Shown here: positions 51,345-64,000 of the stretch, in pieces
Numbering within the stretch: position 1 is the first letter of the stretch
How the letters are laid out: each line of letters opens with the position of its first letter
Position numbers and translations under genes: made by a program
Origin: Dicyema japonicum
Lineage: Eukaryota; Animalia; Dicyemida
Length of the DNA stretch: 64,000 nt
Assembly (NCBI GenBank): GCA_011109175.1
Contig: RDEW01000007.1
Location: 557,712-621,711, forward strand
Direction of reading: 5' to 3'
The notes under the pieces: model-generated
Told to the model about the DNA's origin: nothing
What the model saw: only the letters and a program-made list of their open reading frames with translations
Database searches by the model: none

Positions 51345-54300
51345 ATGGAAGCAGACAATAGCGACGAAATAACTGTGATGGAAACAAATGAAAACAAAAC
51401 TGGTTAAACAAATTTATTTTAATTTAAAGACAACAGCGAAATTTGTGATATTCCAGGTTATTAAATGGTGGATATTTAATATAGGAAAAAGTGACAAATC
51501 TTTATATTCTTTAAAGGCAATGGATGATTTGTTCGTTAAAGGAGAAGACTTTGAAAAGGAAAAAGTATTTCTAACACTCGAGTATTTGCGTCAAATTATA
51601 AATTAGATATTCTTATGGATACGACTGCTATGATAAATCAAACTTGTTGGTATTGGAAAACAACACACTTTGCTATTTCGCTGGAAACGTGATAATACTA
51701 TACAACGTGGAGTCTACGGAGCAAACCTACATTTGGAGTAATTGTGGGGGAGGCATTGGCGCAATTGACGTAAATTAAATTCAAAAAATTTAGCTTCACC
51801 CGTCAAAAAAATATTTGGCGGTAGCAGAAAAGGGTGAACTTCCAAATATCAATATATATTTAATTCCAAACGTGCAGTTGTATAAAATTCAACGTGATGG
51901 TGCTCAGAAGGAATATTCCTGCATAGAATTCAAGTTTTATATTTGAAAAATAATTAGTCCTGATGGGTCACTTTTGGCTTCCGTGGCTGGGTCCCCAGAT
52001 TATACTATACAAATTTGGAATTGGGAGAAGGAACAAACAATCTTGAGGTCTAAATGCTTTTCCCAAGACGTATACTTTGTTAAGCTTGGTCAAGAGATCA
52101 ACCAGGACATCTCGTCACTGGTGGATTGGGGCACATAAAAAGTAATTTTAAATTTATTATCTTAGATTTTGGAAAATGGCTCAATCATTCACGGGGTTAA
52201 AACTCCAAGGACAAATTGGGATGTTTTGGGAAAACAGAAATTTCATCCATCACAGGCTGCGCGGATTTTCCAGACGGAAAAGTTTTTGACGGGGAATGAA
52301 TGGGGAAATGTCACTTTATGGGAAGGAGGTCATATTAAAGTATAGACTTGGTCAAGTAACATAATAGACAGAAATTATCCTTTCAAATAATAAAAAATGT
52401 CACGGAGATCAAATTCGGCAATTCATACTGGAAGAAGATGAGATCACGAACTGTTTCCTATGATGGAACAATCAAGGTCATTCAACCTATTATTTGTAAG
52501 GTTTGGGACTTCGATACGATCGATTCTGCCGAGCCTGTTGACGAAAGTTTGACCTTCCAGGCAAAGCCAATGAACGAGCTAAAAGTGGGGAATGACATAA
52601 AATTGATGAAAATTGTAAAAAATATTCATTCGGATGACTTTGAGCTCATATTATGCCCAGGTCTCTAAAATAATCAAGTTATAGGATTCTGCTGGCGGAA
52701 TTTGGAAACTTGATTTATCCTTTTTCCAATATTTCAAAGCCCCCCAAAAAAATTTATGAAGCACATACAGGCTCTGTAAATGGACTAGTCACGTGTCCCA
52801 ATAAGCCCATTTTTGCTACGGTAGGCGACGATGGCTACATTAGATTTTATGACTACACAAGCCGACAATTACTTTGTTCAAAAAAATTTAACTCTCAAGG
52901 ACTTTGTCTCATCTGGGCTCCCGTTTCGGTTATTTGAGTCGATTAAAGTAGATCGACGTTAATCGAATGTCTGTGATTGCTGGGTTTTCTGACGGAGTTA
53001 TCAGAATTGTTACGTTACACGAAGAAAGTCATAACTCATTCCAACTGATTTTGACTGCAGTTTTTAAACCTCACAGCGACAAAGTGGTCTCTTTGGCGGT
53101 TCACCCAGATTCTCGGATTTTAGCGACTGGGGTTTTTTGTTTGTTGATCGATCTTAGAGTGAAGACAAAACAGTTTTCTTCTTCGAAATAGCTGATACCT
53201 TGACTCCCTTCGGATTCGTCAATTTAGATTCAAAGGTGGTTACCATGACGTGGAAGCAACAAACAGTAATTATTATTAGCATTTTTTGAACAAAATTTTA
53301 GTTGGGTGCGGAGATGGGATGGTGTGTGAGTGTTCCCTACCAAGTGAGTTAAAAACAAGAGAAAACATGCATTCCTATCATTTAGAAAATTATGAAATCA
53401 AAAAATATAAGTTCAGGAGTATAAAATCAAGAATTTTGGTAGTTGCTGATTTTTTATCAATAAGCACGAACAAGACCTTGCTAAAAGAAAGAAAGTATGG
53501 GAAAAAGAAAAAATTGAAAATATCAAGAAAATGGAAAAGCAGCTAGAAAAGAATGAAATAACCGGCGATGAACTCACAGAATACAAAAATTCTACATTTG
53601 GTTAGTTCTATCATCTCAATTCAAGTGGATGATGTTGAGTGGGAAGAATATATCCCCCCCGTAGACAATTCCGTAGTCCACGTCGAATATGAGGAGAACT
53701 ACTTTATCATAATGATTGTCTATTTGAGTATTCTTAGTTTAGAATGGATATGATGCCGGATATTATTACTATTGCCGTTTTTTGGAGAGTACCGAAAAAA
53801 CTGAACCCTTCAAAGTGGTCCCCATCTCAAGTTTTAGTGAATTTGAATGTCAGTTCGTTTTGAATTAGTAAATTTTATGTTTACTTTAGTGGAGATTACA
53901 AATTCTATGGAATGAGCGATGGCTCCATCAGACTTGAAGGCATCAACAACCGCGATTTGGGGACCGAAGATTGGTGTTATGTAAACATGCATGATTCGAC
54001 GAGTGGAAATGTCACATGCCTTGCGGTTAGTTACGACGAATCTCGGCTTCTTTCAGCGGGAAAGGACGGGAATATATTTTGCTACAAATTAAATATACAA
54101 GAACAGGTAAAAACAGTTGCTGAACAAAAAACAACCGAAAAAACAAAAATTTGTGGAATGGATGACTTTGATGATAGCGTCGTGACATATAGGTCATAAT
54201 TGCCAAATAATATGCAGCATTGAAGACACTCTGATTAAGGCTGAAGAAGAGAAACGACTGAAGCAGGCAAATGAGAGAAAATCTAAAATAAAGGACAAAA

Positions 54301-57075
54301 TTTTGATTCTTAGAAAAAACTTTCGTCATTTGGTGGATCAAAATAAAAAAATTCCTCCAATTTTCGACTTAAAAATGACGTAAAATTAAAAAAATAAATT
54401 TAAGGATTTAATCGTTGATGAGATATTAGACGACTTGTATTTTCACTGGTTTAATGAAAAAAAACTCGAGTTGCAACGAACAACTGAATATGACACCGTT
54501 AAAGTGGAGATTTTGTTGAATAAAGTCAAAAAACGGTAAATTTAGTGAATCCTAATTATCAGCTTTAAGGATGGGATTGAATGTGAGAGAATGGAAGTGA
54601 AAAGTTTTAATCAGACACACAAACTCTCGACATACAGATTAATCAAAATGGACGAAAATCTGAGCCACGTGAAGGCTCAGCTCCAACAGATTTTGGAGGA
54701 ACTAATTTTGCAGAAATCAAAAACTATAAACCTCGAATCCTACAATTCAAATAGTATTGAATATTCAATATTTCGAAAGTAATACCCCCCGACGAATCGT
54801 TCGATGATGTACGAATCGGCGCCTCATCAAAGACTCCGATAGTTCCTTTGAAGGGAAGTAAAGGCGAAAGAATCGACAAGGCGCTCAAAAAAGTCGAATT
54901 GAAGAAAAGACTAAGAGCAGACAGAAAAGCTCAGGTACATATGATTCGACAGTCGTTAACAGTGGAAAGCATTCTACGAAACACGGCCAGGTGACAACTA
55001 CGAGGATTCGAACTATGCCGTTGAAATTCAAAGAGCATTGGAAAATATGGGAAACTATAAACTGAAGAGTGCAGACGATTACGTGGTTCCAGAACATATG
55101 CGACTAAATTCGGAGAAGGCAAAGCTGAGACTGATTCAGTATGACGAGACTGTATATTCTGTGATTCAGTCATAGTTGTATAATCACAAAACAAGATACA
55201 ACCGTCTTGTTTTTGACATAAAGGACAAAAAAGAACAAAATAGCAGGGAGATTCTTCAAATTTTGGAAAAGTTAAAGATTATCCAATCTCGATTAAGTCC
55301 CGAGCAGATAAGGGACATTCCAGAAGTAATCAAATTAAATTTTCCACTTGAATCAAACATTCCGTTTAATTCTTCGGAGGATGCTCAGCCAAAATGCTTC
55401 GAGGCTCAGCTTACGAATTGTCTTTTACTTGAGGACCAGGATAAGTTGATACAAGAATTGATTGACATTACAACATATTTTGACGCTGAAGTGTACAGAT
55501 TGAAAAGAGAAAAGTGTTTCCTCGATATTGAAATGAAGAAGGCTGAACTCCGGCAAATAACCCTTTTTGAAGAACTAATAATTTTGAAGGACTTTCAGAA
55601 AGGCGAGGAGGCTCTTTCTTTGAGAATATCCGCGAAGGAGGATGAAAGCATTGTCTTGAAGAAAAAGGTTATAAAATTATTGTTCTTTGTAGATTGCCGA
55701 ATCGCAGCAAAAATTGGATATCGAAAAAAAGGAAATCGAAAGAAACGTCGAAAGAGAAGCCCAGTTGTTGAATTCTTTGAAATCCATGATTGAAGATGGA
55801 AATAAATTCGCGGATTACTTGCAGAAACTTTTCCGAAAACGGATAAAAAAGAGCAATAAATTGGAAGAGGATGAAGGTTCGTTATGTAAATTCAAAAAAA
55901 TAGACAGTGATTTGGAAAGTGATGACGAATCAGACAGCGAAGATGAACTTCTGGACTCTGAAGACGAGACTAACGTAAAGAACGAAAGATACGACTATGA
56001 GGTCTGTCCTCCTGCACTAGATCCGGTTTGACCATTATCTTAATCAGCTCTTATACTCGGATGTCTATGAACTCAGGAAGAAGAGAACAGAGATTGACGA
56101 TAAGCTAAACGAGGGCAAGAAAGTGGCTGATCAAATATCGAAAGAAATTGAAAACCTTCAAAGGAAGCTAAAAATAGTAGAGTCGGCCGAGAAAGCAATA
56201 AACAGCGAATTGGAGGCGTACCAGGTTTGAAGCTAAACTGAGTGGATTAGTTGATGAAACAAAAAACTCTCAATGAGCTCAAAACCACTGTTGTTCTGTG
56301 TGGCAAGCAAATCTGCCATCTCATCAATGGACGGATTCCTGATGATTTATCCAATTACTTGATATTCGAAAGATCAGAGCTGCGAAATCTTGAAAATCGA
56401 ATCAAAGAGTTAGAATCCGAAAAGGTCCAGGAAGCTAAAAGATTCAAGTAATCAAAGATATTTACGTGAAGGAATGCAAAAAAGTTTGCTCGACAACTCA
56501 TGGCGAACAAAAAGAAAACTGAGGGCCAACTACGAATTTTGAAAGAGGAATGCAAACAGATGATGATCGACAAATTTGGGACTTTGGTTAACATTGAATT
56601 GCTAGAGAATGTCGCGGCCAATCGGCAACTTGAAGAAGTTCGTCAACGATTCGAAGACGTACAAAGCAATGTTTATTTACAGATAAGGCAATTCGACGTG
56701 AATTTATTGATTTTATGTTAATAGGACTTGATAAGAGAAGAGAAGAAAGATGTGCTCAAGCATATTAAGGAAAATACAAGTATAAAGCTAAATTTGGTCA
56801 AAAGTCTACAAGAAAAGAAATTTTACGGAGAAAAATTAGAAAGTAAACAAAAAAAATTGGTTCAAAAAATTAGCTTATTTTAGGGTCAAGAATTCAGAAA
56901 GAAAATGCAAAGCGAAATAGAAGAGGCCAATAAAATGAAAAATTTTATATTATCACAAAATCAGGAAATTCACCAACTTCAATGTGAGATTGCCGCCTTA
57001 TCAAGGAAGGATGGAGTAGTATTACCTCCAATAAATTCATACAAACAATCTCTTTCTGGATTAAGCGACAAATAA
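51345..57075 (+). CDS. CFAP44: Cilia- and flagella-associated protein 44 (WD40 + coiled coil), many short introns
   Basis: LASVAGSPDYTIQIWNWEKE, FWKMAQSFTGLKLQG, FKPH, LSAGKDGNIF, NMGNYKLKSADDYVVPEH and LSRKDGVVLPP; a few homopolymer indels near 52080-52290. Confidence 0.92.
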
Positions 57076-57829
57076 TCACGAATAACTCGTACTAATACTG
57101 TTTTAATTTAATATTGATCTTTTTGTCTATTGGTATTACATCCGAGTCCTACCATAAAGCTTGGACTCCACACGTGGACTCTTTCGCCTTTTTAATTTTT
57201 TCAAACGTTTCTCCCAGTTTTATGTATGTGTTCTGGATCTTTGATCTCCACTTGAAACCGTCGATCCGATCCTCCAGAATCCTGCTAATTGGTACTTGCA
57301 GCTTGTCTTCGTCCTCGCTTAGACAGTCTCTCAGTTTCTTGTTTAAGGAGAGCTTAATTGCAGCTCTCCTTGTTTTTTGATACCCCGTATATAAATAGGG
57401 TTTATCTAATTCCCCCTGTCAAATTGGGACGTATCATCCTCCAGCATGATGTCCCTTTCATTCACAAATGTAAGAGCTTTTCTAGTGGAATAGAGATGAT
57501 AAGGTAAGCTTCTTCTGAGTTAAGCGGATCCAATGAGGTATTTAGGAATTAAAGAGGCAAAGAATAGAAAGGAATCAATTAAATAATGTTGTGGTAATCG
57601 AACATACACCAGCAACAAGAACGACGGCGCTAACCGTTGTGTTACCAGGTCGAAGGCAATTTACAAAAAAATCTGTTAGATTAAAAAACAATAAATATTT
57701 TTTGTTAAGAACTTTGGTTTTTTATTATTATTATTATAGGCACGTACGCGATCACGACAAAGCATGTGCAACACGAAAAGGTAACAATTTAATTAACATC
57801 GCCCTGCTTTTTCGATTCGTTGTCATGTT

Positions 57830-59195
57830 CCGTAGCATATCTAGATAATCCCCATCTTTAAGGCACTTTCCAATCCTCCTGAGATCTTCACTAGGATTAC
57901 CGGCAGTGTTGTCCTCGGCCGTCGCGAAAAGACGAAGCCTCTAAAATAAAATACTCCTTCCATTTCTATGTTGGCAGGGGTCCCCATATCGTGGCGGAGT
58001 ATGTGTCCAAACAGCCTCCATTTTTAATCTGTAACATGATATTGGCTCAGTCCCTGTTCTCTTGTATAAGATTTCGGACGACATTTTGAAAATGCTTCGG
58101 AAAGAAGTGCTCGGAGATGATTTCTATGAAAAGAATTCAACTATTCGAGTTCCTGCCTTTTACATGCCCATGTACCGGCATTATATAATAAGATTGGCCT
58201 CACTAGGATATTGTATAGTCTTAGGGTCAAACCCTTTATGCAGAAGCCAGGTCTTCTTCATTTTGTTGAAAGCGACGTTAGTTATTGTCTTCCTTCGTGT
58301 TATATCTTCGATGTTATCGAAAAAGGATCCTAGTTTTTTTATCTACGCCAGTGCTCCTCGGTCCTTTCCTCACTTCTTTTTAACTCCGTGATTTCGGTTT
58401 TGTTTGTGTTTACTTTTAATGACCATTCAGCCATTTTATCAGGCATTTTCTCCAAAAGTGCAATTAACTCTGTTATTCGGAATAAAGTCCACGTCATCCG
58501 CATATCCTATTATTCCCGTTCCTTCTTCGATATGAGGCTTCAAGTCTCATAGAGCTGCCTCCAGATAAATAATGAACAAAATCAGGGATAATGGATCTCC
58601 TTGAAAGGTACCAATTGTCGTTTCAAATGTCCTCGATAAAGCTTTCCCAGTCCTGACCATCAAATTTGTGTCCTTCAAGAGTGTCCTGACAATCCTAATC
58701 GTTGATCCCTCCAAGAAGTGCTCCAGTATTTGCAGAAGCTTGTTCCTGTTGACTGAATCATAGGCCTTTGACATATAAATCTCAAGAATGGTTGTCGTTA
58801 TTTTAAATTTTTGAACAGTCGCACTTCTGCATTTGTGGCTCCAGTAACATCTGACGTTGATCTCCCTTTTCGGAAGCCACTTTGATAAGCCGACATGTAT
58901 ATGCGCTTGACTAGGTCCTTTCTTATAGCAAATCCAAGTCCGTAATGTTTTGATCCCCCAGAAAAAAAAATTAACTTAAACTTTCCGTGTTGTTCTTCAA
59001 ACTCCTTCGATATTTTTGTCTCTTGGAGACATCTGATTGATATCTTATATTTTGAGAAGTCTTCACAAAGTTCTTTTCTTTTCCATGCACTAGAGAGTCC
59101 TCTGACATTGAACGTTAAAAGAGAAAAGTCCTTTAGATTGCGATTTTCGTGTTTTTTCAGACATAACTTTCAAGAGGGACGTCACTACCTCAACC
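57830..59195 (-). mobile_element. Internally deleted RTE-like non-LTR element (APE start, RT, 3' region)
   Basis: LTFNVRGL...CLQETK; SKAYDSVNR...QGDPLSLILFIIYLE; YADD-like motif; LFGHIL. Confidence 0.75.
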
Positions 59196-59305
59196 GCGGC
59201 GGGTACAACTTTGGTTTTCTGAATTTTTAATAATTATTAAAAATATAAAATAAATAAAATACTGAATTTTTAAATTTAAACTATTTTTGTCTTTGTGGTT
59301 CTTCC

Positions 59306-60340
59306 ATGGATTTTCCTAATGCTGAATATATAAACGAGATGTTATTCGTAGTTAATGGAATTCCGATGAAATTTTCAATAAAACCTTGTCCTGAAAAGGC
59401 CAACCTGAGGGCGGTAATAGAGGCGCACGGAGGAGAACTGACATCCAAAAAGACTGGCGACTCAATCAGGTGAGATTTTAAAAAATACAAAGCCTTTGTC
59501 TTTCCAACGAAACCTGTGAAAAAGACGCAGTTTCCGTGAACTACATAACTGAGTGTATAACAAACAACAAAATATTACCCGTCGATGAATTTTTGTATTC
59601 AAACATACGCAAGATAACCAACTCCAATTCAGCCAGTGATAACGTGGAATCCACGTGCAGGGGGTAACTTTTGAACTCATATTAGTCGCATAAAGTACCG
59701 TTTTTCTGACGACATGAAAATAATATTGCATATCTACCAAAATAAACTTCTCGAAGAAGTGAAGGGATTCAGAATATGGAAGATAATGTCGGAGCAGAAG
59801 GTCCAATTTATTTGAACCCAGATTACCTCCCATTCCAGTCAATCTATGAGAGACCGATTCCTGAGGAAAATCTTGCCGCGGATACATTCATACAATATCC
59901 CAACTGATTGGCGGATATATTTTTCTCCCACAAACCGCCGATCTCAGTCTCCTGTTGAAACTAGTCCCAGCTCAGTCCCAACTTCAGACTTTTTCTCTGT
60001 GATGTCGGATGGCGACGAATGTTGGAGCATTTAATGATTCCCTAGTCTTTAGCGTCGTATCCTCTGGAGATGAGTCAGCTTCTACAGCAGAGTCGTCAAT
60101 TCATACATTGAATAATCCTGAAGAGGCTGACTCAATTCAAACCAGTTTATTTATCAAGGAAGATGGTAGTAAAGAATTGGACAGAATACGTGGGAATGTT
60201 GAGGTTATTTGGAATAATGAGTGTAGATTATTTCTCGGTACTTTAGAATTACTGAGGAAAGTGTTATGAATGTACTTATTTGTGAAAATGGAGATTTTTT
60301 AAAAACTTTTCAATTTTTCCTCGCAAATAAATTAATTTGA
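59306..60340 (+). CDS. TERF2IP: Telomeric RAP1 (BRCT + Myb + truncated RCT)
   Basis: LFVVNGIPMKFSIKPCPEKANLRAVIEAHGG (BRCT), YITECI, GRIKYRFSDDMKI..IWKIM..TSHSSQSMRDRFLR (Myb), CENGDFLKTFQFF; five introns of 21-25 nt restore one continuous frame. Confidence 0.85.
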
Positions 60341-60566
60341 TTAAAAAATTGACGTGCTGTTGGCGAACTCAGGCCTGTTGAATGTTGGGAGTCTATTCCG
60401 AAGACTTGCTTCAAGAATTTCGTGCTGGCATGTCATCGATGATCTGTCTTCCAAACCGAAATCTGCACAACTCGGAGTGGACGTCCGCGGCGGGTTTTGG
60501 ACAATGTTCGGACGATTTAATTTATTAACCCCGGACACACCGAGAAAGAAGTTAAAGTAAACAGCT

Positions 60567-60755
60567 AATTAAGTGTATCCAGTTTCCACTTCTACAGAAA
60601 CAGAGTGCATCTGGAATCAGCATAAAAGGTAAGACGTCCATTACATGCAGTTGTGGAAACCCCTCCAGTGGAGTGGGGAAGAGCAAGTGATCCTTTTTCG
60701 TGCCGGCCTGGCACTGGGCGTCACCTAGACAGGTGGATCACATGACGCCACTCTA
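60567..60755. repeat. Dispersed repeat family X copy
   Basis: Colinear with 31320-31497 and shares the TAATTAAG...T.CAGTT end with 4985 and 32968. Confidence 0.75.
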
Positions 60756-61163
60756 GTAGGAAGAGAGAGGAGGAACAGACAAACAAGCAGAAAACTTCAA
60801 TCAATTAACCACGCAGCACAACATGGCGCCACGCGGCAATCGGCCAATTGTTGGTATTTGGACAATGCTTTGATCGAGTCGGTTATGAAAAGTCTTGGAT
60901 ACTTCTTCCCATTCTTAGCAGTTATGGACTCGAGATTTATGCGACTAAATTTGAAATTTGTCATCTGGGACTCTCGCAAGATGAATTTTTTAAATCACGA
61001 TGAGAATCATGTTTTTTTCCCCGATGCTGTTATTACCGATGTGGAACACCTAATTGTATTGGGCTCCCCCATTTACACGGGAATTATCTCTCATATTCTT
61101 AATTAAAAGCTTTCTGGAGTTAATAAATAAGGGCACTCTCAGTTTCGAATGATTCAAATTCTT

Positions 61164-61226
61164 TGCCCCGTCATCTTAGTGGTTGAGATGTCATTCTATA
61201 ACAATGGTTCCGGGTTCAATCCCCCA
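61164..61226 (+). other. Degenerate tRNA-like sequence (SINE head or pseudo-tRNA)
   Basis: TAGTGGTT (A-box-like) and GGTTCAATCCC (B box), but no clean cloverleaf. Confidence 0.35.
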
Positions 61227-61794
61227 CTAATTACTTGGTTGAATCAGTGTTGTTTTTTATTATTTATTTAACAACCCAAGACCACGGTTAAGCCAAACTA
61301 ATTATCACGTGATCCCGATGAATTCCAACAGCGACCTAATCTTTGCAATGTGTTCTTTCCTTGTGCCTGCGCATGAACGTACTGGACGGATGACTGATTT
61401 TTCAGGGCCACATTCCTGGGATCTGCAGTCTATTCTCATGAGGGCCTCCAGAGGAGTAGGTCCGGTTCGGTGATCTTCACAAATCCAACGTTCCGTTACT
61501 CTGTAATCCCTCTCGCATTTCCTCGATTTTCCTCATATTTGTCCAAGATGTGGACGGTCCCCACGAGGCGCATGCATATGAGAAATATGGCTCGATGTAC
61601 TGTTTGTACACGTTCATCAGGACTGGGTGAGTAATACTCTTCCATATTCCCGAGAAACTTTTCCTGAACTCATCTATTTATTTCAATAAATATTATTTTT
61701 AAATTTAAATAAAGATTTATAAATTTAATTAAAATATTTTACATGTTGGCTATCCTAAATAATAATAAAAAGTTAAACTGAGATAAAAAACAAA

Positions 61795-63342
61795 ATGAAT
61801 TTTATATTCGTTATTTTGACAATATTTGGTGTTGGATACATTTATCATTACAGCGATTCTAGTGCTCCGCGAGTTGACAAAAATGAGCCATTAATACTGA
61901 CTGACTATTTGAATAACGGACAAGCAAATCTAGCGAGGGAATTGAGCAGAGTTGAACCTCTTTTGGGAAATTTCGAGAGCTACTCTGGATTTTTCAGAGT
62001 TAGTGATGACTGCGTCCGGAACATGTTTTTTTGGTACTTTCCTGCGATTGTAAAATCAAATATCATCAAAGAATGGAAATACTTCTGCCCCTCTTTTGGT
62101 TTGGCTACAGGGAGGTCCCGGTACCTCTTCGATCTACGCCCTCTTTGTAGAAAACGGTCCCTACTATCTCGACCCAGATAATAATGAGTGTAACCACGTG
62201 TTTTTTACCATTCCTAGTGAAAATCAGACCTATTGCGTGGACGAATGAGTTCAACGTTATTTATATTGACAATCCTGTAATGAATCGACTTATTCAAGGT
62301 TGGATCGGGGTTCAGCTTTTCAACCTCTCCCGGTGGGTGCTATTTGAGTGACGAAGACACGGTTGGCTTTTACCTGTCGAGGTAAGCTCGTTTTGTCATA
62401 CTAGGACCATGGAACAGTTTTATCAGATGTTCCCGACTTTGAGGCCCAACGAATTGTTCATCACTGGGGAGTCCTATGCTGGAAAATATATCCCAGCCAT
62501 GGTGAACGCTATCGACCAATATAACAGAAATAACCCAACCCCAATGAATTTGGTGGGGATGGCCATTGGGGACGGTCTGTGTGACACGTATAATGTAAGT
62601 TTTGAGAGATTTCATGGAAGATGATGAATTTGGGGACATATTTGAATAAAATAGGACTTATTTTCGATAATCAGATAGCCCGTTTCGACGAATTTAACAG
62701 GTTAGGCCGGGAAAGCATCGAAGCTGGTGATTTCTACAAAGGAAGTTATGTATCACCGTTATATTACGTTTATAAGTATTTTGACCAAATATTTGAGCTC
62801 TTTCAGAACCTCACGGGATTGACCGACGTGTATGACTACTATGCGGACAGAGTAGGGCAATTATGATTTTTAGGAACTTCCTTATGTGAATTACATTGAA
62901 TTCGTCCAGAATAACTCCCAGAGGCTCAATGCGGGGAATCTCCCATTTTATGACTATTCTCCTCCGGCAAATTTGGCTCTTTATGCTGATATCGCCAAAT
63001 CAGTATCTCCCATCATTCAAAGACTTATCAATGCCGGATATAAGGTGAAAATGCTTAAATCAGATTTAGACCCTCTTCTTCTCCGGACAATTCGATGTGA
63101 TTGTTCCTTATCCTGCCACAACTGAATTTTTACGGAACCTCGATTGGAACGGAAAAGAAGACTTTGCGAATGCTCCCCAACAAATTTGGTACTCAACGAT
63201 TGGTCCTAAAAGAGTGAATGGATATTATAAATCTGCTGGAAACGTCATGCAATTAATCGTAAGGAATGCCGGTCACATGGTCCCCATGGATCAGCCTCAA
63301 GCCTCTCTTGACATGCTGAACCTATTTATCTACGGCTTTTAA
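61795..63342 (+). CDS. Serine carboxypeptidase S10, CPVL-like
   Basis: Signal peptide, SYSGF, WLQGGPG, IDNPVGSGFS, GESYAG, GQFDVIV and AGHMVP (catalytic triad intact); eight introns of 22-28 nt. Confidence 0.95.
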
Positions 63343-64000
63343 ACTAACACGGACATTCTTTTTTTTCTAACCCAAATAAAGTGATTTCCTAGGAAAATAC
63401 GAGTCCCCAGCAATGGGTCATAGATGATTCGAACCGATGATCCCTTTTTACGAAAGTTCGCGTATCCGACGTTTTCTGAGTCCATTACGAAAAGTGACGA
63501 AAGGTTATATCCGTTTTGGGAGATGAGGACATAAAGTGTACTAGAGCTATACTCCACAAGAGCTTGTTAGCTTCCTGTCCTTCAACCAATTAACCATGGG
63601 CATTTCATCAGATTGGTAAATAAATTTTATCAAAAATTCCAATGATTACGAATTTTAATTATCAATGAAATATCACAAATATTTGTAGATTGCATCATCA
63701 AATATTTTTATGTCGGGATCACAGCAAAAACATCTCGGCCCTTTAGAGGTCTACCAGGATAACTTAATTAGATTACTTAGTTCAATTTTCGACGTGGTTC
63801 ACCTTCACGTGGTGAAAATTGGATGCCAACTAAAAGAACCACAGTTATCACCTGTCAATCTCACCGATCTCAGGACAGTCGGACCGGTCACAAAGCTTCG
63901 CAATGACGGTTATTGAGCGGTCACAAAGCTTTCGCTCCTAAAGAGAGGGTTGACTACTCCTAATCCTCGCTGTGGAAATTGAACAGAACCCCGGGCCCAC

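Noticed and set aside
52075-52295. Programmed frameshifting or RNA editing to explain indels in CFAP44 (also AP1G1 near 4265 and ETS near 29412)
   Set aside because: Most are extra or missing bases in homopolymers, typical of long-read assembly error.

Overview
AT-rich eukaryotic (metazoan) genomic DNA. About 14 compact host genes are interrupted by ultrashort GT-AG introns, mostly 21-28 nt. The intergenic space is filled with nested, decayed mobile elements. Genes recognisable after manual splicing: AP1G1, CDC50/TMEM30, TGS1, a MYST acetyltransferase, ICA1/RIC-19, ITPA, CCDC59/Fyv7, a divergent ETS factor with a long Q/Y-rich repeat, UBA5, a TspanC8-like tetraspanin, TRMT112, a GH18 chitinase-like protein, CFAP44, TERF2IP/RAP1 and a CPVL-like carboxypeptidase. 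CCDC59 and TRMT112 are invisible in the ORF track. Metazoan genes, a motile-cilia gene and ~24-nt introns best fit a dicyemid-like mesozoan (inference only). Mobile DNA includes ~20 CRE-clade non-LTR fragments, RTE-like elements, a tRNA-headed SINE family, a hAT-type MITE, a FLYWCH-MULE with intact TSDs, and an unclassified dispersed repeat. Several homopolymer indels in conserved genes look like assembly errors. All identifications are by eye from motif memory; no searches were run.
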